Below, one piece after another: positions 46,913 to 55,563 of a stretch of 64,000 nt of DNA; position 1 is the stretch's first letter; each line of letters starts with the position of its first letter. The stretch is from Thermoplasmata archaeon (GTDB lineage: Archaea > Thermoplasmatota > Thermoplasmata > Lutacidiplasmatales > UBA184), in assembly GCA_028864975.1 (NCBI GenBank), contig JAGWLG010000003.1, positions 32,001 to 96,000 of the forward strand. The letters run 5' to 3'. A model generated the notes under the pieces. That model had not been told where the DNA came from, ran no database searches, and was given only the letters and a program-made list of their open reading frames with translations. The position numbers and the translations under genes were made by a program.

Positions 46913-48139
46913 TCAGGGCCCTGGGGGGCCCGGGAGGGTCGAGGACCCTGCTTCCTCTCCCGGCCCGTCCCCCTCCTCCGGCGGCATCTCCTGCTCGACA
47001 GCCGCCATGCAGTCGTCGCATAGGAGCTCGGGGGAGCCTGCGGGCATCGGGCCGCCGCAGAGTGGGCAGCCGGCCTTCGCCTCGACCTCGGCCAAGAGCT
47101 CCTGCACGGAGGCCTTCAGGGTCTCCGAGCGGGGGCCGTGCTTCTTCCGCTCCTCCTCGTCGCGCTGCTCGCGCTCCGCTTCGGCCCTCGTGAGGAAGAC
47201 CTGCGGAAGCGGCAGGTACATCTGCGTCCGCTGGTCGAAGGCCGCGAACTGGCGTCCCACGAGGCTCTGCAGGGCGGCCGTCGCCAGCTCCTGGGAGACG
47301 CCGAGGATCACCGAGACGTCCTGGACCGAGAGCCCCTTCGATTCGAACAGGAGCTCGAGCACCCGACGTGGGAGGAGCGGCAGGGCGCCCCGAGCGACGA
47401 ACCGGTCGAGGCCGTGGCAGATCCTCGAGGACCGCTCGACCCGGTCCTCGATCGAGAAGCGTCCGGCGCGGGGGTCGGCCAGAAGGTGGTTGTGGAGGAG
47501 GTCGAGGTCGTACCGGAGCCGGGTACGGCTCGTGTACAGGTGGAGGGCCGCACGGAAAGGGACGACGCCGCTCGAGTGGACGAACCGTGAGAAGTCCGCG
47601 ATCGAGAAGAGCTCGAAGCCGGGGGGGAGCGGAGGTCGCCCCTCGTTCGTCGCGTGCTCCTGCTGGATCGAGCGGGGGATGTAGCTCTCCCGCACGGAGA
47701 AGCGGACCACGCAGGTCTCCTCCTTGCCCGGATCGTGCGGGTCCCAGGGCGAGAGCGCGTGAGGGTTGTACCGGAAGGTGAGCACCCGCCCGCTCCCGGC
47801 CGAATCCGAGTCGACGAGGGCCGTGGGCGTCGTGAACTCCCACGCCTGGGGGTCCGGCTTGGGCTCGTAGATGACGAGGCTCACCCGCTCCGGAGGGGTC
47901 TTCTCGGCGAGGATCGCGGCGAACGAGGGGGAGGGCTGGCCGTTCGCCGTCCAGCGCAGGCGGGCGATCGAGGGCGGCTGACGCTGCGCGTAGTCGAAGA
48001 GGGTCTTGCGGAAGTTCTTCTGGGAGTAACCGTCGTGCACTTCGCGCGGTGCGAAGGCGGAAAGCCGCTCGAAATCCGAGAGAGGTAGAGGACCCGAACC
48101 CCCCTTCGGGGGAGCGCTCCCACCTCCCTCCGGTACCAT
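46913..48139 (-). CDS. Hypothetical protein with wHTH-like region and C-terminal Zn finger
   Basis: GLSVQDVSVILGVSQELA..ALQSLV; CPLCG...CDDC; divergent from the glycosyltransferase. Confidence 0.65.
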   Translation of the reverse strand: MVPEGGGSAPPKGGSGPLPLSDFERLSAFAPREVHDGYSQKNFRKTLFDYAQRQPPSIARLRWTANGQPSPSFAAILAEKTPPERVSLVIYEPKPDPQAWEFTTPTALVDSDSAGSGRVLTFRYNPHALSPWDPHDPGKEETCVVRFSVRESYIPRSIQQEHATNEGRPPLPPGFELFSIADFSRFVHSSGVVPFRAALHLYTSRTRLRYDLDLLHNHLLADPRAGRFSIEDRVERSSRICHGLDRFVARGALPLLPRRVLELLFESKGLSVQDVSVILGVSQELATAALQSLVGRQFAAFDQRTQMYLPLPQVFLTRAEAEREQRDEEERKKHGPRSETLKASVQELLAEVEAKAGCPLCGGPMPAGSPELLCDDCMAAVEQEMPPEEGDGPGEEAGSSTLPGPPGP

Positions 48140-48279
48140 CTGCGGCCCACCTGGGAAGAAGGAAGGGGTCGTGGCCCGCTTAAAGGGGCGGGGTTGAGGC
48201 TGCCGACGGCCCTCCCCCCCCCGCGGGGCCCCAGCCTTTTCTCCAAGAAGGGTACCCCTCCAGGCGGCGAAGCTCGCTC

Positions 48280-49509
48280 ATGCGGATCGCGTTCTTCAGC
48301 GAGACCTTTCTCCCCGTGCACGACGGCGTGGGCCACGTGCTCGAGGACCTAGGCACTTCTCTCGTTCGGCGGGGAAACGAGGTCACGCTCTACACGACCC
48401 GGCGGCCCGGGCAGCCCCGCGAAGAGCTCTGGCCGGGGGGGATGCGCGTCGTTCGCTGCCGCTCTTTCCCCCTCCCGCACTACCCTCAATACCGGTTCGC
48501 GACCTTTCCCTACCTCCTGGCGCTCGCCCCGGGGTTCGCGCGCCGCACGGACATCGTACACGTCCACACCCCTTTCGCGATGGGAGTGACAGGCCTCCTC
48601 GCCTCCCGACGCGACCATCTTCCCATCGTCGGGACCTTCCACACGGACTTCCGGGGCATGCAAGGGAGCTTCCCGCAGAACCTCGGGATCCGGGTCTTCT
48701 TCCCGCTCGGGGGGTTCTTCAGCGAAGGGATCTACTTCCGTTGCGATACGACGACGGCCCCGACGCCGGAAGCGCTGAGGACGTTGCGCGAGCGGTTCAC
48801 CAAGCCCCCGCACTGCGACCTCGCGGTCGTGCCGAACGGCATCGACATCGTTCGTTTCCGACCGGGGTTAGGTTCGCCCGACTGGTCGTCCCGCCTCCGG
48901 TCGGAGGGGCGACCCCTGGTGACCTTCCTGGGGCGCCTCACGGCCGACAAGGGGGTCCACCGGTTCCTCGATGCCCTTCGGGAGATCCCGGAGGACCTCT
49001 CCTTCCAGGGCGTGGTGGGTGGTTCAGGGGTTGAGGAGCCCGAGGTCCGTCGCAGGATCGAGAGCGAGCGCGGTCTCCGGGGCCGCGTGGTCGCCGTCGG
49101 GTTCGTGAAGGACGACGAGAAGCCTGCCCTCCTCGCCCAGAGCCGGGTGTTCGTGCTTCCCTCCCTCGCGGACACCTCGTCGGTGTCGACCCTGGAGGCG
49201 ATGGCGTCGGGGTGCGCGTGCGTGGTCACCGACCGCGGGGGACCCCGGGAGCTCGTCATGGACGGACGGAACGCGCTCCTCGCGGACCCGACCGACCCGA
49301 CGGCGATCCGCGGGGCCGTGGAACGGCTCCTCCGGGACCCCGAGCGCGCTCGCTGGCTCGGGAGCAACGCCGTGGAGTATGTCCGCGCTCACGCCTCGGT
49401 CGAGCACATGGCCGAGCAGTACCTCGAGATCTACGAGCGGTGCCTGGGACGCGGGAGCTCAGCGCAAGCACGACCTGGGACTCCGGTGCTTACGCGTGGC
49501 ATACCGTGA
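48280..49509 (+). CDS. Glycosyltransferase family 4 (GT-B)
   Basis: RIAFFSETFLP..DGV, VHVHTPF, GRLT.DKG, VFVLPS.ADT.S...LEAMASG. Confidence 0.9.
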   Translation: MRIAFFSETFLPVHDGVGHVLEDLGTSLVRRGNEVTLYTTRRPGQPREELWPGGMRVVRCRSFPLPHYPQYRFATFPYLLALAPGFARRTDIVHVHTPFAMGVTGLLASRRDHLPIVGTFHTDFRGMQGSFPQNLGIRVFFPLGGFFSEGIYFRCDTTTAPTPEALRTLRERFTKPPHCDLAVVPNGIDIVRFRPGLGSPDWSSRLRSEGRPLVTFLGRLTADKGVHRFLDALREIPEDLSFQGVVGGSGVEEPEVRRRIESERGLRGRVVAVGFVKDDEKPALLAQSRVFVLPSLADTSSVSTLEAMASGCACVVTDRGGPRELVMDGRNALLADPTDPTAIRGAVERLLRDPERARWLGSNAVEYVRAHASVEHMAEQYLEIYERCLGRGSSAQARPGTPVLTRGIP

Positions 49510-49868
49510 TCCCTGCGCACTACTCGGCCGACGTGTTCCTCTCCGGCTTCGCGTACATGGTCCCTGAGGGGGGCCTCCCGGCGGGGACCCGTGTGACGTG
49601 GCAGGCGCACTTCTCCACGAGCGAGAATTGTCTCTCGGTGAATTGGAAGTGGGCGGCGGCCGTCTGCACCAGTTCCGGGGAGAATGCCCACATCGGTGTG
49701 AAGCCGGTGGACGACAATCAGCTCAGCCTGTACAAGAACAGCGACCACGCCGGCACCCCCGAGTACGAGAAGGCCTACCTCACCCGGGGAGCGAGGGGGG
49801 GTGGCGGGTCGAACTACACAGGGTCCTACAGCGGTACCTTGGGTATCCGGGGAGGGAGCTGCCCGTAG
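49467..49868 (+). pseudogene. Probable C-terminal remnant of a secreted protein overlapping the glycosyltransferase end
   Basis: Protein-like frame STTWDSGAYAWHTVIP...VNWKWAAAV...GVKPVDDN...NSDHAGTPE...GARGGGGSNYTGSYSG with no signal peptide or convincing own start. Confidence 0.45.
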
Positions 49869-50080
49869 GTTAGGGTCGGCGCCCCTCCCCGCGCCGTCGA
49901 GGCGCTTCGGACCGCTGGGCCCGGCGTTGGGGGCCAGCATGGGATTCCAGACACTCGGGCGAGTCGCTAGACCTCGTCGGCAAGAAAGAGGCCCATGATG
50001 GCCCGGACCTAGGAAGTATATCCGATGCTCAGCGATCGACCGACTCGCCGGCTACCGGGCGTTGCGAGGAGGAACCGAAG

Positions 50081-51109
50081 ATGCCGACCCAGACGAATCG
50101 GAGATGGCTCATTGCGAAACCCCTAGAGGGGAAGCTTTCGCAGGCCAACTTCCGCTGGATGGAGTCCACCGTTCCCTCGGTGGCCGACGGTCAGTTCCTG
50201 GTCCACAATCGGTGGCTCTCTGTCGACCCGACCCAGGTCCTCGTCTTCAACAGCGGGGACCCTCCCGGGAGTGCCGTCCCCATCGGGGAGGCCCCTTGGT
50301 CGCTGGCGGTGTCCGAGGTTGTCGAGTCCCGCCACCCGGCTTTCTCGCGAGGAGACATCGTGCACGGTCAGATGGCCTGGGAGGACTACACCCTCACAGA
50401 TGGGACAGGATTCAACCCTGCTTTCCCGGTGCCGGCGGGGATCCCGCTCGACTGGGCGGCCGGAGCTCTGGGGCTCACAGGACTCGTGGCGTACTTCGGC
50501 CTCCACGAGGTGGCCCGGCCAAAGCCTGGAGAAACCTTCGTCATCTCCGGCGCGGCGGGAGGGGTCGGATCGATCGCGTCCCAGTTGGCCAAGATCCACG
50601 GGCTTCGGGTCATCGGTATCGCCGGAAGTCCGGCCAAGTGTGATTGGCTTGTTCGGGAGGCCGGTGTCGACGCCGCCATCAACTATCACCAAGAGGATGT
50701 CGGCAAGCGGCTGACCGAGCTCTGTCCTCAGGGCATCGACATCTTCTTCGACACCGTGGGTGGGCCAACCCTCGAGCTCGCGCTGCATCGACTGCGAACG
50801 CGCGGTCGCGTGGTCCTTTGCGGGATAACCTCGCAGTACCTCGCGGATCCTCCCGCGCCAGGTCCGGCGAACTTGGTCCAGCTCATCATGGTCAACGGGC
50901 GTATGGAGGGATTCCTGGGAAGGGACTTCATCCCACGGCGGTCCGAAGCGTTCGACGCCATGCTGCCGCTCCTTCGATCGGGACGCCTGAAGTCCAAGGA
51001 GGATGTGCTGGTGGGGCTGCGAGAGGCGCCGAAAGCTCTCGCACGTCTTCTCTCGGGGGAGAACGTCGGGAAGCAGCTCGTGCGTATGGACGAACCCCCC
51101 GGGAGTTGA
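50081..51109 (+). CDS. NADP-dependent alkenal/enone oxidoreductase (PTGR/CurA-like MDR)
   Basis: WLSVDP, LGLTGLVAYFGL, ISGAAGGVGS, GIAGS..KC, GRVVLCG, GENVGK. Confidence 0.92.
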   Translation: MPTQTNRRWLIAKPLEGKLSQANFRWMESTVPSVADGQFLVHNRWLSVDPTQVLVFNSGDPPGSAVPIGEAPWSLAVSEVVESRHPAFSRGDIVHGQMAWEDYTLTDGTGFNPAFPVPAGIPLDWAAGALGLTGLVAYFGLHEVARPKPGETFVISGAAGGVGSIASQLAKIHGLRVIGIAGSPAKCDWLVREAGVDAAINYHQEDVGKRLTELCPQGIDIFFDTVGGPTLELALHRLRTRGRVVLCGITSQYLADPPAPGPANLVQLIMVNGRMEGFLGRDFIPRRSEAFDAMLPLLRSGRLKSKEDVLVGLREAPKALARLLSGENVGKQLVRMDEPPGS

Positions 51110-51216
51110 GGCCCTCGGTCGCCCCGGAGCTGGCGGTCGGCGATCTCCCTCTGGGCTACTGAGGCCGGAGGGAGGGGTCTCGAGGGCCGCGTTGGTCCGT
51201 GTCGAACGTCGCTCGA

Positions 51217-51305
51217 GGAGGACTCGGCCGCCTCGACCCCCTCCTCCGCCCCCCGACGACCACATAGAGACTCACCAGGTCCTCCACGGGGGCCCTGCGG
51301 CGAAG
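51217..51305 (-). repeat. Decayed copy of an internal segment of the DUF835 gene (matches 54463-54555)
   Basis: 30-nt perfect repeat GGAGGACTCGGCCGCCTCGACCCCCTCCTC (51217-51246 = 54463-54492) plus a second near-identical block (51272-51305 vs 54522-54555). Confidence 0.8.
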
Positions 51306-51338
51306 GGCGTCCCGGGAGCGGACGAGTTGCCGGCGCTT

Positions 51339-53951
51339 TCAACCCTGGGGCGGAAACCCCGGAGGCGGGCCGGGTTGGACTGGCCAAGGCGGGGGCGTTG
51401 GCGGTCGTCTCCTTCGCTGCACGAGAACGACCGCGGGTACGGAGATCGCGAGTGCGATGACCACGACGATCAGCACCAGGCTCATCGTGGTGCTGAGCCC
51501 GAGCAGGCTGAAGCCGGGGGCCTGCTGCGTGTCGCAGGGCGGCTGGGCGGGGCCGACGACCGTGACGGAAGTGTTCGACCACGCGTGCGTGCTGCGCGTG
51601 TCCGTTACCTCCAAGCTCACCGAGTAGGAGCCCACGGAGCCGAACGAGTGGGAGACATTTCGCCCGGTCTGGGGAGAGGAGCCATCGCCGAAGGTCCACG
51701 AGAAGGCGTAGGCCGGAGCACCGCCCCTCGCAGAACCCTCGAAAGAGTCGACGAACGGACTGAGAGCGCCCCCATTGCATGACCCCGTCAGGCTCCCGGA
51801 CGTGGCACTCGCGTTCCCGAAGGCGACGAGCTGAGGCGGCTGGCCTCCCGAGCTCGCGGCGACCGTGATCGCGACCGAGTTGCTCCCCGCGACGGTCGAC
51901 GACGCGTCGGTCGCCCAAACGCGGTAAGTGTAAGTGCCCGGGTGGGCGAAGGACAGGGCCGAGCCGCCGCAGCCAATTAGGGATGTGTTGGTCCCATTGA
52001 GGGACCACGCGCAGGTGTACGGGGAGACCCCGCCGGAGACGGTAGGGGTCAGGGTCACGGATTGCCCCACGGTGGCCGAGACGGAGGAGGGCGTCAGCCC
52101 CACCGAGAGCGGCGTGCTGGGGGTGGTGTAATTGACCCACAGACTGCCGTTGGTGCTGACCGAGACGTTCCCCCACGAGTTCGTGAGGATCTGGGACCGG
52201 CCCGCCGGCATCTGGAAGGTCGTCTGCGAGAAGGTCTCTCCGGTGCAGGGGAGGGCGTGCACGGGGTATCTCCCGCCCAAGAAGGTGGCAACGCTGCCCG
52301 TTGCCTGGGTCGTCCCGTTGAAGCTCACCGGGGAGCATGCTGCGGGAGAGACCTGGAAGGAGATCGTGTAATGTGCGGGCGGAGGGACCCAGGTGTAGGA
52401 GGCGGTGAGCGTCCCGTTCCCCCAGACCCCGACCGTCGTCGGGTTGCCCCCTAGGCTGGGGAGGGTCAGGGAGCCCGTAGCGGTCCACTTGGAGAAGGAA
52501 TATCCCAGGCAAGTCAGAGCGTTGGCTGAGTAGTTGCCGTCGGTGAACTGGACCCGTGCCCCATTGTTCTCGTTGAGCCCCCCGAAGATGACCGGGCCGC
52601 AGGCAGGGGGAGAGATCACGAACGTCACATTCCCCGCGTGCAGGGTCTTGCCGCTCCACGTGTAGTAGGCGGTCAGGCTCCCCGTCCCGGTGACGTTCGC
52701 GAAACCGCCGGCCGAGGTCGGCCTCTGGACCGTGACCCCACCGGTGGAGTTCCATTGCTGGAAGGAGAAGTCGGTGCAGGGGTTCGCGACGATGGAGTAG
52801 GTCCCGGCGACATAGGAGCCGGTGGAGCCGCTCCCTTGGGACGTACCGTTGAAGGCGATGGGGCAGGTGGCAGGATGGACGAAGAAGGAGATGGTCGGAG
52901 GGGATGTCGTCAAGTTCCCGAAGACGTATCCTGAGGCAAGTTGGGCCGTGTCTCCCTGGAAGTAGTCCAGGTCGACGTTCGAGGTCCCACTGATCCCAGG
53001 TACGGTACCCGTGGCCGAGTGCTGCCAGAAAGTCCAAGTGGGCCAGATCCCGGTGTTGGGGCTGCTCACGCCCCAGTTGGCGATCCAGAGGGGCCAGGTC
53101 GTGAGGTAGGGGTCGAGACAGCCTGTGACCTCGCTGACCCCGGTGTAGAGGACAGGGGTGACCCCGGTATACCCGTCATGGGCGGCGATGTACTGCTGAA
53201 CCGTGGACATCCACATGTCGACCCACGTCGACATGGCGTTGTTGCTGATGGTCCCGCATCCTTCCTCCAGATCAAGGGCGGGGTAGAGGTAGCCGGAGGA
53301 GAAGTACGGCGCGGCGATGGACAAGTAGTGGTTGGCTTCCGTCGTGGCATTGGTCGCGATACAACCGACGGAGCTGTCCGTCGCAGGGCAGGCGAAGTCG
53401 TATCCCGCCATCCAGAGACCCGCGGCTTTTCCGGCGGGCATGTAGGTCGTGAAGGTAGGGTCGACAAAGCTCGCCCCCTGCGTGGCCTTGGTGAAGTCGA
53501 ACTTGTATCCCGCGCTCAGAACATTCGTCCAGTTCGTCACGGTCTCGTAGTGGGACGTATCGACCCCGTTCACTTCTGCTACGAACGGGCGAGAAGGGTT
53601 CGGGCCCCCGGCCGGGAAACCCGACGGCGTCGCGGTGCCCCCCGAGAAGCGTGTCGGACCTTGGACGGAACCGAGGAGCAGAAGGACAAGGAGCGCAGCC
53701 ACCCAGATGAGGCGTCCCCCGGGGCGATGCGCAGAGAGACCGAGCCGCGTCCCAAGCGACGATCCTCGAGCGGAAGGCCCGGGGCCCTCGGGAGTCCCCC
53801 TCCAAGGGATGGACCGACGGAACGCTCCCGGGGCAAGTTGGCCGGACCCACCTGGGGCGCCGGGCCCGAGGGGGAGTGCGGGCAGGGGGCGCAGCACCGT
53901 AGCGACGAGCGCGAACGCGGCCGAAGGCCGTGCCGGAGGCCGCCGCGACAT
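51339..53951 (-). CDS. Membrane-anchored GH25 muramidase (lysozyme) with beta-repeat/PKD stalk
   Basis: GVDTSHY, KATQG, GYDF, PALDLEE, LWIANW, FWQHS..G.VPGI...VDLD at about 52955-53575; PKD WTFGDGS; TM plus RRRR. Exact start uncertain. Confidence 0.85.
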   Translation of the reverse strand: MSRRPPARPSAAFALVATVLRPLPALPLGPGAPGGSGQLAPGAFRRSIPWRGTPEGPGPSARGSSLGTRLGLSAHRPGGRLIWVAALLVLLLLGSVQGPTRFSGGTATPSGFPAGGPNPSRPFVAEVNGVDTSHYETVTNWTNVLSAGYKFDFTKATQGASFVDPTFTTYMPAGKAAGLWMAGYDFACPATDSSVGCIATNATTEANHYLSIAAPYFSSGYLYPALDLEEGCGTISNNAMSTWVDMWMSTVQQYIAAHDGYTGVTPVLYTGVSEVTGCLDPYLTTWPLWIANWGVSSPNTGIWPTWTFWQHSATGTVPGISGTSNVDLDYFQGDTAQLASGYVFGNLTTSPPTISFFVHPATCPIAFNGTSQGSGSTGSYVAGTYSIVANPCTDFSFQQWNSTGGVTVQRPTSAGGFANVTGTGSLTAYYTWSGKTLHAGNVTFVISPPACGPVIFGGLNENNGARVQFTDGNYSANALTCLGYSFSKWTATGSLTLPSLGGNPTTVGVWGNGTLTASYTWVPPPAHYTISFQVSPAACSPVSFNGTTQATGSVATFLGGRYPVHALPCTGETFSQTTFQMPAGRSQILTNSWGNVSVSTNGSLWVNYTTPSTPLSVGLTPSSVSATVGQSVTLTPTVSGGVSPYTCAWSLNGTNTSLIGCGGSALSFAHPGTYTYRVWATDASSTVAGSNSVAITVAASSGGQPPQLVAFGNASATSGSLTGSCNGGALSPFVDSFEGSARGGAPAYAFSWTFGDGSSPQTGRNVSHSFGSVGSYSVSLEVTDTRSTHAWSNTSVTVVGPAQPPCDTQQAPGFSLLGLSTTMSLVLIVVVIALAISVPAVVLVQRRRRPPTPPPWPVQPGPPPGFPPQG

Positions 53952-54207
53952 CCTGAGCCCGATACCCGTCCCCCGCTATTTGGCCCCTTTCACCGACGAC
54001 CGGACCGGACCCTGGGCCGGACCCCCCCTTTCTGTCCCGGCACACGCGACCGCGCGTGCCGCTCGAGCACGACCCGCCCACGACCCCCCGGCCTGCGTCT
54101 CGATGAACGGCTCACCGATCGCGAGAACCAAGTCCGCTCCCACCTCGAGGTTGCGGGGTGACGGGGCGAGAGCAAGCTTGGCGGTCTCGGTGGGGTCCGC
54201 GGTTCCG

Positions 54208-55053
54208 CTACGTGGCCCGCACGACGTGGTTAAAGTCCCGTTCCAGCGTCGCGACCTGCGAGCGGCTGAACGCGCCGGGATCGACCGACAGCACGAGCAG
54301 CCCGTGGTGCTGCTGGACCTTGCTGTGCAGCCAGTAGACGAACTTCGTCGTGAGGTCGAAGGAGTTCTGCGTGTTGAGGAACTCGACCGCCTCGAGGTAG
54401 ACGAGCGCGGGCTCGGGCGTTCCGTTGAGGAAGTTGTCGACGCGCCCCGTGAGCTGCGTCGGGGAGGACTCGGCCGCCTCGACCCCCTCCTCGGTGGTCC
54501 CTTCGACACCCAGGTGGAGGATCACCAGGTCCTCGACAGGGGCCATGCGACGCAGTTCGTTCGGAAGTCTGGTGATGGCGAGCCCTCTTCCTACCCGGGG
54601 GAGGAGTTCGCGGAGGAACGAGCGCGCGACCTGGCGGGTCTCCTCCAGGAAGAGGTAGTTGTACCCTGGGACCGCCGGGGGGAAAGCGGGCGCGCTCGAG
54701 GAGCCCCGCGGCTGGACGCGCACGAGGCTCTCGACGGGGATGCCGACCGGGGTCGAGAGCAGGGTCTTCCGCTTGAGGCGCACTTCCTCGTCGAGGTGCC
54801 CGAGCCGGCTCTCGACGAAGACCCGGATCTCGGAAGGGGTGTGGCCCCTCGCGACCAGACGGGTCACGAAGTGGAGCGCGTCGCGGGCCCCATCGCCCCA
54901 GCCTCGGGCGTAGGAGGTCGGTCCGTCCCCCCTGGAGGAGGAAGTGTCCGAGTCGTCCAGGGCTTGGGGCTCCGTGTCGGTGCCCTCCTCTTCGTTCGCT
55001 CGTCGAGGGGCGGGGGACGCGGCCGGGGGAAGGCCTCCCGTTCGGCCGGTCAC
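54208..55053 (-). CDS. DUF835 domain protein
   Basis: GLAITR.P, VYLEAVEFL...NSF....KF..WL, LVLSVDP.AF...VA.LE. Confidence 0.72.
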   Translation of the reverse strand: MTGRTGGLPPAASPAPRRANEEEGTDTEPQALDDSDTSSSRGDGPTSYARGWGDGARDALHFVTRLVARGHTPSEIRVFVESRLGHLDEEVRLKRKTLLSTPVGIPVESLVRVQPRGSSSAPAFPPAVPGYNYLFLEETRQVARSFLRELLPRVGRGLAITRLPNELRRMAPVEDLVILHLGVEGTTEEGVEAAESSPTQLTGRVDNFLNGTPEPALVYLEAVEFLNTQNSFDLTTKFVYWLHSKVQQHHGLLVLSVDPGAFSRSQVATLERDFNHVVRAT

Positions 55054-55538
55054 GTGCGCGCGGTCCGGGCCGCGGCCCGGGCGAGAGCCTCCTGAGAGGC
55101 CGGGGAGGCTGTAGGTTCGCTCGCTCCGCTCTCGCGCGAGGGGGCGAACTTGTAGCCGTAGTGGATCACGCCGGCGCGCCCGTCCTCCCGGAGCTTGCGG
55201 AAGGCGGCGTGCACCCTCATCCCGATGTGCACGTCCGCGGGGGTGATGTCGACGACCTGCCCCGTGAGGAGCGGGCCCTCGGGGGTCTTGATGAGGGCCA
55301 GCACGTAGGGGACCTGCATCTCGAAACCCTCCGCCCCCTCGTGGACGACCGAGAAGGAGTAGACCTCCCCGTCCCCCGAGAGGGTGAAGGGCTCCATCTT
55401 GCCCAACGACTGGCGGTGCGTCTGGCAGGTCGGGCAGACGGCCCTCGGCGGGAAGTAGACGGTCGAGCAGGCGCTGCAGCGGTTCCCACCCAGGTTGTAG
55501 CGGCGGGGCGTCTCTCTCCAGAATCTCGCAACGGTCAT
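55050..55538 (-). CDS. DUF35 Zn-ribbon/OB-fold protein (thiolase-HMGCS scaffold subunit)
   Basis: RFWR, CSAC..VYFPPRAVC..C, GEVYSFSVV, PYVLALI, IGMRV...FRK...G.IHYGYKF. Confidence 0.88.
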   Translation of the reverse strand: MTVARFWRETPRRYNLGGNRCSACSTVYFPPRAVCPTCQTHRQSLGKMEPFTLSGDGEVYSFSVVHEGAEGFEMQVPYVLALIKTPEGPLLTGQVVDITPADVHIGMRVHAAFRKLREDGRAGVIHYGYKFAPSRESGASEPTASPASQEALARAAARTART

Positions 55539-55563
55539 GTTCTTGCTTCCTCCTTCCTGGGCT

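Noticed and set aside
50728-53037. 769-aa minus-strand ORF overlapping the GH25 gene
   Set aside because: Alternative frame of the GH25 gene; only its EEGVEAAESS segment is meaningful and is explained by the DUF835 remnant.
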